64,000 nucleotides of DNA from an uncultured Chloroflexia bacterium (GCA_963816135.1 CAWFJD010000017.1:1128128-1192127); one strand, 5' to 3'; positions 8,937 to 18,225 are shown, counted from the first letter of the stretch. A program made the numbers and translations. The notes: generated by a model not told the origin, from the sequence alone.

Positions 8937-9894
8937 TCAGCGTGCGCTTGTGGCCGCCTCGAGCAGGCGGAGCGCATGCGATCGGAGGGCGTCGGCCAGT
9001 TCGTCGGGGGCCCGGATCTCGAACGCCCAGGGCATCGCGGCCAGGAGCCTCGCGGCACCGTCGAGGTTCGCGGCCTGGAAGCGGACGATCGTGGACGAGC
9101 CGGTTTCGCGGAGCTCAGCGATGGTGCCCGGCAGAGTCGCGCGCACGTCCGCGGCCGACGCGGCGGCGACGACCTGGATCTCCCATCCCCACGGGACGCG
9201 CGCAAGCGTCTGCTCAACGAACGCGGTCGCGTCGAAGCCGACAGGGACCTGGGCGGGCAGGCCGAGTTGCGCGATCGCGGTGATGCGGTCGACACGAAAC
9301 GTACGAAGATCCTTCTTGACCTGATCGAAGGCGGCCAGGTACCACCGGCCCCGGATCACGACCAACCCGTAGGGATCGATGTCCCGGCTCGTCGCCTCTC
9401 CATCGCGCGCCGAGTAGCCGATGCGGATGCGGCGTTGAGCAGTCATGGCGCGAGCGAGCGAGAGCAGGGTAACTGCCGCTACGGCCTCACGCTCCGGACC
9501 CGAGTCCGCGAAGGCGAGGGACGCCTCCAGGTGCGCGATGTCCTCGCTGAGTCGAGATGGAAGCACGCGCCGGATCTTCGCCAGCGCCGCCTCAATGGCC
9601 GGTGCGGAAAGGCCTAACCCGGAGCGCTGGGCCGCCCGGAGGGCCAGGGTAACCGCTGTCGCCTCGTCGTCAGTCAGCATCAGCGGTGGGAGCCGATAGC
9701 CCGGGCGCAGCCGATAGCCGCCGTGCCGGCCGAGCCTCGAATTCGACCGGGATCCCGAGGTCCTGAAGTCGCACCACATCACGACGGAGCATGCGCAGGT
9801 CGATCTCGAGCTGCCGGGCAAGCTCCGGGCCCGTGGCCCATTCGCGGCCCTGAAGCAGGTGCAGTAGCGAGAGAACACGCGACGACGCTGGCAT
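8937..9894 (-). CDS. WYL-domain transcriptional regulator (HTH, WYL, C-terminal extension), interrupted by one 1-nt frame shift near 9735
   Basis: The HTH part (MPASSRVLSLLHLLQGREWATGPELARQLEIDLRMLRRDVVRLQDLGIPVE) is in one frame and ends at stop 9670. The remainder (SRLGRHGGYRLRPGYRLPPLMLTDDEATAVTLAL...DIDPYGLVVIRGRWYLAAFD...) is in the +1 frame of the 8937..9923 ORF. The join falls at the GAATTC around 9735. Confidence 0.7.
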
Positions 9895-9912
9895 GTCGTC
9901 AGGGTAACCACA

Positions 9913-9937
9913 AATGAGGACATTAGTGGCCCTCATT
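9913..9937. promoter_or_regulatory. Inverted repeat AATGAGG-n11-CCTCATT with an internal CATTAG direct repeat, in the WYL regulator / hydrolase divergent promoter region
   Basis: Read directly: caAATGAGGacattagtggcCCTCATTagtcg. It is AT-richer than the surroundings and lies between the divergent starts at 9894 (minus) and 10019 (plus). Confidence 0.35.
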
Positions 9938-10018
9938 AGTCGATATCGTGAGGGACACTCGAGCGGATCGATGCGCGTGTTGTCGACATCGGACGGATCG
10001 ACCAACGGAAGGTAGGAC

Positions 10019-10723
10019 ATGGCCACATTCGTCCTCGTGCCAGGCGCCTGGCTTGGCGGAGCGGTATGGGAACAAACCCGGAGGCAACTAGAGGCGGCGG
10101 GCCACGAGGTCATCGCGGTCACGCTGCCCGGGCTGGGCGACGAGGCCACTGCTCCGGCAGCCGCGATCGGCCTCGGGACGCACGTCTCGCACGTCGTCGA
10201 CCTGCTCGAGGCGCGCGATCTCCGAGACGTGGTGCTTGTCGGGCACTCGTATGGCGGCGCCGTCATATCCGGCGTTGTTACGCATGCGGCTCCGCGCATC
10301 CGGCGCCTCGTGTACCTGGCCGGCGCGGTTCTGCCTGCAGGTAAGTCGATGTTCGACCTGATGGGCCCGGGCGCGGCGGACGGGTTGACGGCCGCGGCAG
10401 CCGCCGCCGGGAACCCGGATCGACTGCCTGTCCCGGTGCCGGCCGAGCTCGACATGTTCTACGGCGAGCACGGGCTCACGGGGGAACTGTTCGACCGCTT
10501 CCGCGACAACGCCGTTCCGCACCCGATCGAGACGTTCCGCGAACCCTTGCTTGCAGGAACGTTCGCGAGCGATTCAGTGCCGCGCACGTACCTCCACTGC
10601 GAGGCGGACGGTGCCGTCCGCATCCCGACCGACGCTCCGGGCTGGACGATCCAGGTTCTCCCGACCGGGCACTGGCCCATGCTCACGATGCCGGTCGAGA
10701 CCGCGGTCGCCCTCGGAAACTGA
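10019..10723 (+). CDS. Alpha/beta hydrolase (methylesterase-like)
   Basis: 234 aa. It begins FVLVPGAWLGGAVWEQ and carries a nucleophile elbow GHSYGG, with the small fold typical of plant-MES / SABP2-like esterases. Confidence 0.75.
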   Translation: MATFVLVPGAWLGGAVWEQTRRQLEAAGHEVIAVTLPGLGDEATAPAAAIGLGTHVSHVVDLLEARDLRDVVLVGHSYGGAVISGVVTHAAPRIRRLVYLAGAVLPAGKSMFDLMGPGAADGLTAAAAAAGNPDRLPVPVPAELDMFYGEHGLTGELFDRFRDNAVPHPIETFREPLLAGTFASDSVPRTYLHCEADGAVRIPTDAPGWTIQVLPTGHWPMLTMPVETAVALGN

Positions 10724-10834
10724 GGCGTCGCTCGGGGTTCAGGTAGATGGCCGGGCGGCAGGTGCCCTGCCGTTCCATTCCGGGTCCGGTGAGTCCGAAG
10801 CGCGACGGCTGGGATCACCGGTCCCGGCGACCCT

Positions 10835-11596
10835 CTACTGGGCGATCCTGCGACGGTAGACCCTCATCGCGAACAGATACGCGACGATGAGGATGCCGAC
10901 GCACCAGGCCAGCGCGATCCAGATGTCGGTGCCGACGGGCTGCCCTGTGAGCAGGTTGCGGATCGCGTTGACGATCGAAGTCACGGGCTGGTTCTCAGCG
11001 AAGGCGCGCACCGGACCGGGCATAGTGGCGGTGGGCACGAAGGCCGAGCTGACGAACGGCAGGAAGATGAGCGGGTAGGAGAACGCGCTCGCGCCGTCCA
11101 CGGACTTCGCGGTCAGGCCTGGGATGACGGCCAGCCATGTCAGCGCCAGCGTGAACAGGATCAGGATCCCGGCAACCGCGAGCCACGCCAGCACTCCTGC
11201 CGGCGAGCGGAAGCCCATGAGGAGAGCGACGAGCACGACCACCCCGAGCGAGACCATGTTGGCGACCAGTGACGTCAGCACGTGCGCCCACAGCACGGAT
11301 GACCGGGCGATCGGCATGGACTGGAACCGCTCGAAGATGCCGCTCTTCATGTCGAGGAAGAGCCGGAATGCCGTGTAGGAGATGCCCGAAGCGATCGTAA
11401 TGATCAAGATGCCGGGCAGCAGGTAGGTCACATACGAGTCGGACCCGGAGTTGATCGCCCCGCCGAACACGTAGACGAACAGCAGCATGAACGCGATCGG
11501 CATGACCGTCGTGGTGATGATCGTGTCCAGGCTGCGCGTGATGTGGCGCAGGGACCGTCCCGTCAGGACGGCGGTGTCGCCGAAGAAGTACGTCAT
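10835..11596 (-). CDS. ABC-2 type transporter permease
   Basis: 253 aa with six predicted TM helices, in the ABC-2 / DrrB-like family. It lies directly downstream of the ATPase gene with a 9-nt gap. Confidence 0.8.
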   Translation of the reverse strand: MTYFFGDTAVLTGRSLRHITRSLDTIITTTVMPIAFMLLFVYVFGGAINSGSDSYVTYLLPGILIITIASGISYTAFRLFLDMKSGIFERFQSMPIARSSVLWAHVLTSLVANMVSLGVVVLVALLMGFRSPAGVLAWLAVAGILILFTLALTWLAVIPGLTAKSVDGASAFSYPLIFLPFVSSAFVPTATMPGPVRAFAENQPVTSIVNAIRNLLTGQPVGTDIWIALAWCVGILIVAYLFAMRVYRRRIAQ

Positions 11597-11605
11597 CGTT
11601 GTTCC

Positions 11606-12424
11606 CTACTTGCTTTCGTTGATGTTGCCGTTCGCGCCGTCGCCGGTGCGCCGGCCGTCGCTGCCGCCGACGAGTTTGAGGAAGATGTCCTCGAGGGTCG
11701 GCTGCTTCTCGACGTATTCCACCTTGGCGGGTGGAAGCAGGGCCTTGAGCTGGGCGAGCGTGCCGTTCACGATGATCCGGCCCTCGTGGAGGATCGCGAT
11801 CCGGTCGGCCAGTTGTTCGGCCTCGTCGAGATATTGCGTTGTGAGCAGCACCGTGGTGCCGTGCTCGGCGAGTTCCTTGACCGCCTGCCACACCTCGATG
11901 CGGGCCTGGGGGTCGAGCCCGGCCGTCGGTTCATCGAGGAAGATGACCGGCGGATCGCCGATAAGGCTCATCGCAATGTCGAGGCGGCGCCGCATGCCAC
12001 CCGAATACGTCGACACCCTCCGCGCGGCCGCGTCGGTCAACCCGAAGCGCTCGAGCAAGCCACTCGCGATCTCGCCCGGGTCCTTGAGGTGTCGCAGCCG
12101 GGCGATCAACACGAGGTTCTCCCGCCCGCTGAGGATCTCGTCGACAGCCGCGAACTGCCCGGTGAGGCTGATCGACTCCCGCACGTGTGCAGCGTGTGTG
12201 GCAACGTCGAAGCCGTTGACGCTCGCAGTCCCCGCGTCGGCCTTGAGCAGCGTGGATAGGATGTTCACCACGGTGGTCTTGCCTGCCCCGTTCGAGCCGA
12301 GCAGAGCGAAGATGGCCCCACGTTCGATAGCGAGATCCACGCCGCGCAGCACGCGCAATTGGCCGTAGGACTTCTCCAGGCCCTGCACGTGGATCGCAGG
12401 CCCGGCGAGTTGATTGATCACCAT
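11606..12424 (-). CDS. ABC transporter ATP-binding protein
   Basis: Walker A GSNGAGKTT, signature YSGGMRRRL, Walker B VIFLDEPTAGLD and H-loop are all present. The true ATG at 12424 (MVINQL...) was found by mapping the 272-aa domain. The listed 624-aa ORF is overextended upstream. Confidence 0.9.
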   Translation of the reverse strand: MVINQLAGPAIHVQGLEKSYGQLRVLRGVDLAIERGAIFALLGSNGAGKTTVVNILSTLLKADAGTASVNGFDVATHAAHVRESISLTGQFAAVDEILSGRENLVLIARLRHLKDPGEIASGLLERFGLTDAAARRVSTYSGGMRRRLDIAMSLIGDPPVIFLDEPTAGLDPQARIEVWQAVKELAEHGTTVLLTTQYLDEAEQLADRIAILHEGRIIVNGTLAQLKALLPPAKVEYVEKQPTLEDIFLKLVGGSDGRRTGDGANGNINESK

Positions 12425-12466
12425 CAGGACTCCGTTCGCTCCTTCAGTTCTGTTATCGCTGTACGC

Positions 12467-12511
12467 ATACGGCGTATACTGTTCCGACAGTCTAGGTATG
12501 CGGCGTATACT
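12467..12511. promoter_or_regulatory. Two 14-bp direct repeats (ATACGGCGTATACT and ATGCGGCGTATACT, 31 bp apart): candidate TetR operators
   Basis: The repeats sit in the 96-bp gap between the divergently transcribed ABC ATPase (start 12424) and the TetR gene (start 12521). Each repeat contains the palindromic core GTATAC. Confidence 0.4.
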
Positions 12512-12520
12512 TGTCAAGCG

Positions 12521-13297
12521 ATGGAACCAGCGAACGCGACAGATAAGGTGCCGCAGGCGCGAGAACGGCCGAACCTGACCCGCGAGGCCGTCGTTGCTCG
12601 CGCGCTCGAGATCGGCAATGTCGAAGGCCTGGAGGCGGTCAGCCTGCGGCGCCTCGCCCAGGAGCTGGGCGTCACGCCGATGGCCCTTTACCGCCACGTC
12701 CGAGACAAGCAGGACCTCATCAACGCCATGACCGAGGTCGTCCTGGGAGGGATCGACCCCATTGCCGGCTTTGGACCAGAATTGTCCTGGACCGAAGGGC
12801 TGCGCCTGGCTATCGACAACTACAAGGAGCAGCTCGACGCCCGTCCCCTTGCCCTTCCTCTCAGCATCGCGTACACCGGCGACGGACCCCCGTCCTTCTG
12901 GAGGGTGCTCGAGCAGCTCCTGGCCATCCTGCTCGAGGCAGGCTTTGCGCGACGCGAGGCAATCGTTCTGATCCGGATGATCTCCAACCTCCTCGCCGGC
13001 TACCTGCTGCTCCTCCAGCAGGGCACGCCCTCGGAGGCCATGCCACTCGATTTCCACCAGATGGACCTGCTGCGGCGACGCTTCGCGCTCGGCCAGATGA
13101 GCCTGCCTCGCGACGAGTTCCCGAACCTGGTCGAAAGCGCGGAGGACACGGCTGAGGTCTGGCTGACCGATCCGAACTACTGGTGGCGGAACACGGTCGA
13201 CCTGATCATCTTCGGACTTGAACGGATGCTCGAGCGTGACCGACAAGCAATGCCGCCGCAGGGGAGCGCCTCGCAACCGGGCGCCTTGAAGCCCTAG
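12521..13297 (+). CDS. TetR/AcrR-family transcriptional regulator
   Basis: The N-terminal HTH (LTREAVVARALEIGNVEGLEAVSLRRLAQELGVTPMALYRHVRDKQDL) is a TetR signature. ATG 12521 is in frame with the listed ORF. The gene is divergent from the ABC exporter operon. Confidence 0.85.
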   Translation: MEPANATDKVPQARERPNLTREAVVARALEIGNVEGLEAVSLRRLAQELGVTPMALYRHVRDKQDLINAMTEVVLGGIDPIAGFGPELSWTEGLRLAIDNYKEQLDARPLALPLSIAYTGDGPPSFWRVLEQLLAILLEAGFARREAIVLIRMISNLLAGYLLLLQQGTPSEAMPLDFHQMDLLRRRFALGQMSLPRDEFPNLVESAEDTAEVWLTDPNYWWRNTVDLIIFGLERMLERDRQAMPPQGSASQPGALKP

Positions 13298-14271
13298 AGA
13301 GTGGGCGGCAGCCCGAACGCCCCAAAGCGCTCCGGACGGAAGGTCGTGATTTCGGCGATGACACCTTCCCGGATCCGCAGGACGTCGAGCTTGAACGCTC
13401 GGAAGACACTGTCGCCCGGCTGACGCAGATAGCTTGCCGCGGTGGGCATCCGATTGGCCCACGTCGGCACCAGGCGCCAATCGCCCATGCGCATCGCCTC
13501 TCCGAGCAGGGGCCCGATGGCCCCCAACCCCTCATAGAGGTACGGGAACGGCGGCATCGTGACCCGCAGGTCCTGCGCCGAAATCGAGACGGCCAGCGCC
13601 GAGTCTCCGCGCTCGTGGGCCGCAATGAACTGCGATAACAACTCCCGTTCCGTCTCGCTCGACTCGGGGGCGGACCATTCCGTCCGCTCGGGTGGAAGGT
13701 GTTCCCGCATCTTTGCGCGGGCCCGCTGGAGGGCGCTGTTCGTGGCGGGGATGCTCGTCTCGAGCAGCGCCGCCGTCTCGCTCGCCCGCCAGCCGAGGAC
13801 GTCACACGCAATCAGGGCCGCCCGCTGGCGAGCGGGCAAGACCTGGAGTGCCACCAGGAAGACGAGCGAGATCGTCTCCCGCTCGACGGTTACCGCATCG
13901 GGCTGCTCATCGGCGGTCGGCACCTCGTCGAGCAGCGCGTCGGGGTACGGCTGAAGCCACGGCACGTCGCGAAGGGTCGCGATGCCGGTCCCCCGCCGTG
14001 GCCGGCGCCGCAGCGCGTCCAGGCAGACATTGGTGGCGATCCGGTAGAGCCAGGCTCGGACCGACGAGCCATCGAACTCGCGCTGGGCGCGCCAGGCCCG
14101 GAGGAAGGCCTCCTGTACGGCATCCTCGGCCTCGTCGAACGAGGCGAGCATCCGGTAGCAATGGAGATGGAGCTCTCGCCGGTGGCGCTCGAATAGCGCC
14201 GAGAAGGCGGATTCGCCTCCTGCCATCGCGGCGCTGACCTCCGGGGCGTGGGAGGTGGTCATGCGAGGCAT
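13294..14271 (-). CDS. ECF-type RNA polymerase sigma factor with C-terminal SnoaL-like extension (ECF41 / SigJ-like architecture)
   Basis: Sigma-70 region 2 (ELHLHCYRMLASFDEAEDAVQEAFLRAWRA) and region 4 (RQRAALIACDVLGWRASETAALLETSIPATNSALQRARAKM) are followed by a ~120-aa extension ending ...VLRIREGVIAEITTF. Confidence 0.8.
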   Translation of the reverse strand: MPRMTTSHAPEVSAAMAGGESAFSALFERHRRELHLHCYRMLASFDEAEDAVQEAFLRAWRAQREFDGSSVRAWLYRIATNVCLDALRRRPRRGTGIATLRDVPWLQPYPDALLDEVPTADEQPDAVTVERETISLVFLVALQVLPARQRAALIACDVLGWRASETAALLETSIPATNSALQRARAKMREHLPPERTEWSAPESSETERELLSQFIAAHERGDSALAVSISAQDLRVTMPPFPYLYEGLGAIGPLLGEAMRMGDWRLVPTWANRMPTAASYLRQPGDSVFRAFKLDVLRIREGVIAEITTFRPERFGAFGLPPTL

Positions 14272-14278
14272 CTTCGCA

Positions 14279-14716
14279 TCACGCCTCGGCCCTCGCGCGG
14301 TTCACCTCCTGAATGAGCCAGGTGTTCCCGTCCGGGTCCTCGAACGAGGCGAACGTGTTGTAGTTGCGGCGTTCCGGATCAGGCCCCGGCTCCTGGCCAG
14401 CCGCGCCGAAGTGGAAGAAGTCGCTGACCGCCACCCCTCGCTCCACGAGGTCCGTCCGGGCGGCCTCGATGTCGGGGACGATCACATGCAGTCCGTACAT
14501 CGAACCCGGCTTCATTGGCGTGCGGTCCATGAGCGCGATCGCGCAGGCCGAACCCCGCGGGGTCAGCTGCACGACGCGCGTGTCGGGGCCGACGCGGACG
14601 TCGACGAGTTCGCTGAAGTTGGCCTGGTCAACGTAGAACGCCTTGGCCCGGTCGATGTCCGACACGGGCACGACGATGAGCTCGAGGGTCCAATCCATGG
14701 TCACTATCTCCTGCAT
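14279..14716 (-). CDS. VOC-family protein (glyoxalase / bleomycin-resistance fold)
   Basis: From ATG 14716 the product is MQEIVTMDWTLELIVVPVSDIDRAKAFYVDQANFS...DPDGNTWLIQE, typical of VOC proteins. The upstream part of the listed ORF is not protein-like. Confidence 0.7.
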   Translation of the reverse strand: MQEIVTMDWTLELIVVPVSDIDRAKAFYVDQANFSELVDVRVGPDTRVVQLTPRGSACAIALMDRTPMKPGSMYGLHVIVPDIEAARTDLVERGVAVSDFFHFGAAGQEPGPDPERRNYNTFASFEDPDGNTWLIQEVNRARAEA

Positions 14717-14888
14717 GTCATCGGCCGGTAATGCCGATCGTCTGCTCGTAGAACGACGGCGCCCACGTAAACTCATCGGCCGAGCGGACGGGGAACCAAT
14801 TCCAGGGTTTCGCGGCCCTCGGGCGTCGGATGGATTCCTGGCCGGGACGTTAGGTTCCCAATTCATCTGCCCAAGCCTTCGCCAGCGC

Positions 14889-15206
14889 TCAGGCTCCCCA
14901 ACGCGTCCTGCCTGGGTCTTGCTGGCCGGTCCGTCCTTCCGTGCTGGAAGCCGGATAGAGCTGCGATGACATCGGCGGGAACGGTTGGCGGCTGAAGATG
15001 GCTTCGACCGGCAGTCCGAAGTACTCGGCCGCCCGGAGGGCCAGGTCCAGGCTCGGGTTGTACTCTCCGCGCTCCAGATAGCCGATCGTCTGGTAATTCA
15101 CGCTCAGCGCGTCGGCCAGCTCCTGGCGCGACAGGCCGCGTTCGGCCCGCAGGACGGCAAGGCGGTTGTGGAGGACCGGTTCCGTTCGGTCGGCGGTCTT
15201 CGTCAT
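14889..15206 (-). CDS. XRE-family HTH transcriptional regulator
   Basis: LAVLRAERGLSRQELADALSVNYQTIGYLERGEYNPSLDLALRAAEYFGLPVEAIF is a canonical Cro/C1-type HTH. Its start overlaps the stop of the upstream membrane ORF. Confidence 0.7.
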   Translation of the reverse strand: MTKTADRTEPVLHNRLAVLRAERGLSRQELADALSVNYQTIGYLERGEYNPSLDLALRAAEYFGLPVEAIFSRQPFPPMSSQLYPASSTEGRTGQQDPGRTRWGA

Positions 15207-15748
15207 CAGACTTCGGCCGGCGGGTCAGGCTCGAGCCAAGCCATGACTGCCATGGGGAGCATGTTCAGGCACAGGCACAGCACAGCCACGCCGCAGGCAA
15301 GGGCGATGATGCTCGTCAGGTCCAACGTGATCCCTCCCCAGGAGCCTAGGGGGAACAGAAGCATCACCACGCCCGGGGCAACGAGGAGCGCTACAGTAGC
15401 CGCCGCCACCCCTGCGACCACGATCCTGTGGCTGAGGTTGGTGGCGGTATCGCGAAGCTGCCGCTGGCGCTCGTCCGGGCCCATCGGGCCGATCGCCGCT
15501 CTCCAGCCCTGCTCGAGCACCGCTCCGGCTAACCCCGCCTGAAGCACGGGCAGGAGCTCCGTTGACGAGACGCCCCAAACGACCGAAGGCTGTGCCGGCA
15601 CCCCTCCATGCAGCCAGAAAATGATCATCGCCTCCGGAAGCGCCAGATATGCCACCGCCACGATCAAGCGCCGACTTCTTCGAGACAGATGAGCCACCCG
15701 CTCTGAGAAGGAGCGGCCAGGTGCGGGCCCGGATCTCGACGACTGCAT
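15206..15748 (-). CDS. Integral membrane protein co-transcribed with the XRE regulator
   Basis: Four to five hydrophobic helices (IVAVAYLALPEAMIIFWLHG..., VVAGVAAATVALLVAPGVVMLLFPLG..., IIALACGVAVLCLCLNMLPMAVMAWL). The start codon is uncertain. Confidence 0.45.
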   Translation of the reverse strand: MQSSRSGPAPGRSFSERVAHLSRRSRRLIVAVAYLALPEAMIIFWLHGGVPAQPSVVWGVSSTELLPVLQAGLAGAVLEQGWRAAIGPMGPDERQRQLRDTATNLSHRIVVAGVAAATVALLVAPGVVMLLFPLGSWGGITLDLTSIIALACGVAVLCLCLNMLPMAVMAWLEPDPPAEV

Positions 15749-15769
15749 TTATGAGCCCTCATGCGGACG

Positions 15770-15835
15770 AATGTAGAGACATGTCGAAATATATGACATA
15801 TACAACACTGTGTCAAGTCTACGATATGCCCGCTG
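15770..15835. promoter_or_regulatory. AT-rich island with an imperfect inverted repeat (ATGTCGAAATATATGACAT) between the membrane/XRE operon and the 16007 gene
   Basis: Local GC drops to about 35% against a 70% background. The position fits a shared or divergent promoter/operator region. Confidence 0.35.
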
Positions 15836-16006
15836 CCACCATCCTCGTCGGCCGGCGGTGCGGAATTTCCTCGGTAGCAGGTGCCCGGACGCTCACCATG
15901 ATCCGCGGCTTGCGACAGGCCGTCCGTCAGTCATCAGTCGCTGGACGCTGAGCCGGATCGACGCCGATCATCAAAAGTCACAGGTTGCTTTCCAAAGGAG
16001 CAGGCG

Positions 16007-16702
16007 TTGGCCAACCCTGTTCGCGTGCTGGCCGAGTCCGGCAAGAAGAAGGTAGTGGCGGTGGCGTTCGACTGGCCGGGCTGGGAGCGTACCGGACCAT
16101 CTGAGGACGAGGCCAGGAAGGCGCTCGAGGGGTACCGGTCGCGCTACGCAAGTGTGGCCGCGCTCGCTGGGCTTGCCGCGGAGTTCGCCGAGGCCGGAGA
16201 CCTCCGGATCGTCGAACGGGTCGAGGGTTCGAGCACGACCGACTTCTTCGGCATCTCCGTGAAGTCGGCGACTGCCGAGCACGAACGGATGAGCGACGCT
16301 GAGTGCGATCGCAAGCTCGCCCTCCTGCAGGCTTGCTGGGCCTACTTCGATGGCGTGCCGGGGCGCGTCTCAGCCGAGCTTCGCAAGGGCCCTCGAGGCG
16401 GCGGGCGCGATCGGAATCAGATCGTCGCTCACACGCGCGGCAGCGAACGTGAGCTCGCCAAGAAGGTCGGCCTCTACGAGGAGCACGACCAGGTGCACAC
16501 GCCGGACGGCCTGCTCGCGCATCGTGAGGCGTACCTCGAGGCGATCCGCCGATACCACGCTCGCGGCGCCGAAGCTCGTTCGTGGACGCTGCAGTTCCTG
16601 ATCCGGCGCTCCGCCTACCACATGCTCGATCACGCCTGGGAGATGGAAGACAAAGACCTGTCGCCGGAGCGAGCGGACACGACCGCCCGTGGGGGCAGCT
16701 AG
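16007..16702 (+). CDS. Conserved hypothetical protein (intact copy; the truncated paralog is at 8520..8849)
   Basis: 231 aa beginning VRVLAESGKKKVVAVAFDWPGWERTG. The C-terminal half has His-containing helices (VAHTRGSERE...YHMLDHAWEMED). I do not recognise the family. Confidence 0.55.
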   Translation: MANPVRVLAESGKKKVVAVAFDWPGWERTGPSEDEARKALEGYRSRYASVAALAGLAAEFAEAGDLRIVERVEGSSTTDFFGISVKSATAEHERMSDAECDRKLALLQACWAYFDGVPGRVSAELRKGPRGGGRDRNQIVAHTRGSERELAKKVGLYEEHDQVHTPDGLLAHREAYLEAIRRYHARGAEARSWTLQFLIRRSAYHMLDHAWEMEDKDLSPERADTTARGGS

Positions 16703-17340
16703 TTGCGGGTGAACGTCATGTGGGTGACTCCGCTCGGCGATGAGGTTGCCTCGATTTTGTAGTCCTTCTCGAGCCCTTCCAGCCCGTCCCACAGGCGCAC
16801 GCCCCGGCCGAGCAGGATCGGGACCACCACGATGTGCATGTGGTCGATGAGCCGCGCTGCCAGGAACTCGCGGATCATGGTGGCTCCCCCGCCGATGCGG
16901 ACGTCCTGGCCGTTCGCGGCCGCGCGGGCCATTTCGAGCGCCTCGCCGGGCGACACGTCGATGAAGTGGAACGTCGTGCCGCCTTCCATCTCGATCGACG
17001 GGCGCACGTGGTGGGTGAGGACGAAGACCGGCGTGTGGAATGGTGGGTTGGGACCCCACCAGCCCTTCCAGGCGGGGTCCTCATGCCAGCCGGGAGGTCC
17101 GAACTTGTTGGCGCCCATGATCTCCGCGCCGATCCCCGGATCGTGGAGCCGCAGGAAGGTGTCGTCGATGCCGCTGGTCCCGCCGGGCTCGCCGACCGTC
17201 TTACGCCACCACTGGGTTACGAACATCCATTCGTGCAGCCTTTGGCCGGCGTGGCCGATCGGCGCGTCGAGGCTCTGGCCAACGCCGGTGCCGAACCCAT
17301 CGAGGGAGATCGAGAAGAACTGGACGCGAGCGAGTGACAT
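16699..17340 (-). CDS. Dihydrofolate reductase family protein (RibD C-terminal domain / YyaP-like)
   Basis: 213 aa beginning MSLARVQFFSISLDGF with ...IDHMHIVVVPILLGRGVRLW, typical of the bacterial DHFR-like reductase family. Confidence 0.75.
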   Translation of the reverse strand: MSLARVQFFSISLDGFGTGVGQSLDAPIGHAGQRLHEWMFVTQWWRKTVGEPGGTSGIDDTFLRLHDPGIGAEIMGANKFGPPGWHEDPAWKGWWGPNPPFHTPVFVLTHHVRPSIEMEGGTTFHFIDVSPGEALEMARAAANGQDVRIGGGATMIREFLAARLIDHMHIVVVPILLGRGVRLWDGLEGLEKDYKIEATSSPSGVTHMTFTRN

Positions 17341-17589
17341 GGCTCGTCCTCATCTTGGGTAGAACGTCACGAGGGCCCTGCCGCTCTGCCGTGCTACGGC
17401 GCGGCCCGTCAGGGCTTGGCTCCGCCGGCGCGTGGCGGCCCCACCAGAATGGCCGGAACGTAATCCAGGAGCTGGATGCGACCATCGAAGGTGCGGCTGG
17501 CGATCATGTCGAGGCCAACATCGGGCTCCCGAACCGTGGGTGGCTCGCTCGTCGAGGCTGTAGCATTCGGCGCGGCGATCCTGTTGGGG

Positions 17590-18225
17590 TCAGCCAGGTC
17601 GGCGACCCCGCTCCCCCGTCGGATCCACGAACCGGACCACTCCCGCCAGGCGAGCCGCGCGCGGGATGAGGGCGTTGTCCGCGGCCTCGTGAACGAGTTC
17701 CTCGAAGAGCGCGGCGTTGGCCTCCACGTCGTCCATCGACCGCACCGTCACCCAGCGCGCGAGCTTCGTCACGCCCTCGCCTTCGAGAACTCGCATCGGG
17801 TCGCTCATGTGCACGCCGCGCGGGAAGCCGAGATGCACGTGCTCGGGCTGGGCCATGATCCAGGCGAAGAACACGCTGCGCCGACGCCGAGCTACCCGGC
17901 CGCGCCCCGCTCGACTTCTTCCCGCCCCCGAGGAGTCCGCACCGCCGTCGCTCGCGGGTCCGAGGCCGAGTGGCATGTCATAGCCGATGATCCGCCAGCC
18001 TGGCCGCACCGCTTCTATCGCCTCGGGCTCGGCGCGTTTGACCAGCGCCTGGAGGGCGCGCGCCAGCTCCGGCATGGGGTCGGGCAGGGCGGCGAGGAGC
18101 GAGTCAATCGGGATCTGGTTCGCGAGCAAGGTGTCCTCGAACAGGTCCCGATGAGGATCCGCTTCCCGCCCACGTCGGTCACTACCTCGTCGCGACATCT
18201 GACGCCGGCGGTGCGCCCTCCGCAA
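17590..18225 (-). CDS. DUF1801 (YdhG-like) domain protein
   Basis: LAALPDPMPELARALQALVKRAEPEAIEAVRPGWRIIGYDMP...FFAWIMAQPEHVHLGF matches DUF1801. It carries an internal Gly/Arg-rich insert. The antisense ORF 17476..18279 was rejected. Confidence 0.55.
   Translation of the reverse strand: MRRAHRRRQMSRRGSDRRGREADPHRDLFEDTLLANQIPIDSLLAALPDPMPELARALQALVKRAEPEAIEAVRPGWRIIGYDMPLGLGPASDGGADSSGAGRSRAGRGRVARRRRSVFFAWIMAQPEHVHLGFPRGVHMSDPMRVLEGEGVTKLARWVTVRSMDDVEANAALFEELVHEAADNALIPRAARLAGVVRFVDPTGERGRRPG

Noticed and set aside
11606-13480. 624-aa minus-strand ORF
   Set aside because: Only the last 272 codons (from ATG 12424) encode the ABC ATPase. The upstream part overlaps the TetR gene in antisense and is not protein-like.
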